This document shows, piece after piece, positions 62,769 to 64,000 of a DNA stretch of 64,000 nucleotides. A program made the translations under genes and the position numbers. The stretch comes from Macrostomum hystrix (Eukaryota; Animalia; Platyhelminthes): contig CATNEN010000010.1 in NCBI GenBank assembly GCA_950097015.1, positions 2,480,001 through 2,544,000 on the forward strand. Direction: 5' to 3'. Positions within the stretch are counted from its first letter, which is position 1. Every line of letters begins with the position of its first letter. The notes under the pieces were generated by a model. The model saw nothing but the letters and a program-made list of their open reading frames with translations, did not search any database and was not told where the DNA came from.

Positions 62769-63001
62769 AAACCCTCTGACCATTCGTCATGAGTCGAATC
62801 CTCATGATCAGGCTGATTTATGCAATCCTTCATAGCTTGGCGGAGTTGAGTTTATCGGGGCATATACGTATACGTAGGCATATCGTATCTGATGCAATTT
62901 AACCAAGGCAGCCCGTCTATGTCAAGCACAGCAGGGAATTCTTAATTCAGAAGCAAACAGAAAATCCGCCAGGCCACATATTTCCATTGATCCCCGCCCA
63001 G

Positions 63002-63820
63002 TCGACCGCTCAGAAGCAGGCGGACAAGCGCAAGCGGAAGGCGGCCTACAGGCGCCAGGCTGCCACAGCTGCGAAGATGCTGCGCGGTGGCGCCGACTCG
63101 GATGGCCAGCTGTGCGCTGGCTGGCGCGGCCTGCTGGCAACCTGCAACAAGAGGGAGCGCGAGTGCATCGGCGAGACCCTGGACCTGCTGGACAGATTCC
63201 TGCCATCCGATGAAGATGATGACGACATCGAGGAGGAGAATATCGAGGACGATATTCAGCGATGCATTGAACGGGAGCGGACGACCCGCGCCGGCGGGCA
63301 AGGGCTCGGCATTGGGGCCGCGGCGCCACCGCCATGCGAGAATCTGCGCACCAAGGTAGCTCATTACTTTCCATACCTGCTTTGCGTGTCACGTGCCGTT
63401 CTTGGATTGGTCTGGTCAATGATCGACCTCTGAATAATATCAGAATATTATTAGTATGTATTCTTTAATCACTACTTATTGCCAAAACAGTAGCATAGTT
63501 AGGATTCGCTGAAAATGTTCGCACATAATTAATTAAAAATTCGTCTTTCGCATCATCTGATTTCCGGTAGGTAGCCAGCTGCGTCTTTATTGGCGTCTCC
63601 CTGCCACCGGAACGCCTCTCCTGGATTTTCAATGTCACTGACACTATCTTTGAGGAGGCGGCAACGGCGGCCGCTCGCAACGACGGTCGCCGTGGCGTCG
63701 GCGGAAAGCACATCCTGCGCCTGCTGCCGGTGGAGACCACCTGCGTCAGCGGCCTGCAGGAGATCAAAGACGCCTTCGCTAAGCTTTGGTCCAAGTTTAT
63801 CGAAGATGGCCACATTCAGA
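63002..63820 (+). CDS. THUMPD1: THUMP domain-containing protein 1 (Tan1 homologue), partial; continues beyond the window
   Basis: Exons 63002-63355 (KRKRKAAY..., GLLATCNKRERECIGETLDLL) and 63571-63820 (KHILRLLPVETTC..LQEIKDAFAKL); phase 0 join, next donor GTGAGA at 63821. Confidence 0.85.
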
Positions 63821-63829
63821 GTGAGAATC

Positions 63830-64000
63830 CTCCACTGTGTGCTGTGCAATCTTCCATTGTGTGCTGTGCAATCTTCCACTGTGTGCTGCTGTGGAATCTT
63901 CCACTGTGTGCTGTGCAATCTTCCACTGTGTGCTGTGCAATCTTCCACTGTGTGCTGTGCAATCTTCCACTGTGTGCTGTGCAATCTTCCACTGTGTGCT
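63830..64000. repeat. 22-nt minisatellite in a THUMPD1 intron (runs off the window)
   Basis: Unit TTCCACTGTGTGCTGTGCAATC. Confidence 0.93.

Overview
Eukaryotic (metazoan) genomic DNA. It has GC-rich coding exons, GT-AG introns, AT-rich spacers and very dense minisatellites. The style suggests a free-living flatworm such as Macrostomum, but that is inference only. Recognisable genes: an IAP-like BIR+RING locus whose BIR domain is split across two frames, an intronless muscleblind-like CCCH gene, a multi-exon LIM-domain gene mostly missed by the ORF track, a two-exon low-complexity gene, a C2H2 zinc-finger gene, a secreted Gly/Ser/Trp/His repeat protein, a Ly6/uPAR three-finger GPI protein, a Shisa-like type I membrane protein, a RING+PHD gene, VWA3A-like, CCDC93, CACYBP and the 5' part of THUMPD1. 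Mobile DNA: degenerate Crypton (tyrosine recombinase) and piggyBac transposases, four MITE-like families (one MULE-type with a 9-bp TSD, one TTAA-flanked with asymmetric bipartite TIRs) and a ~280-bp interspersed repeat in three copies. About 18 tandem arrays account for most long ORF-track calls. All gene models were assembled by eye using splice-site phase consistency; no database searches were run, and repeat copy numbers and boundaries are approximate.
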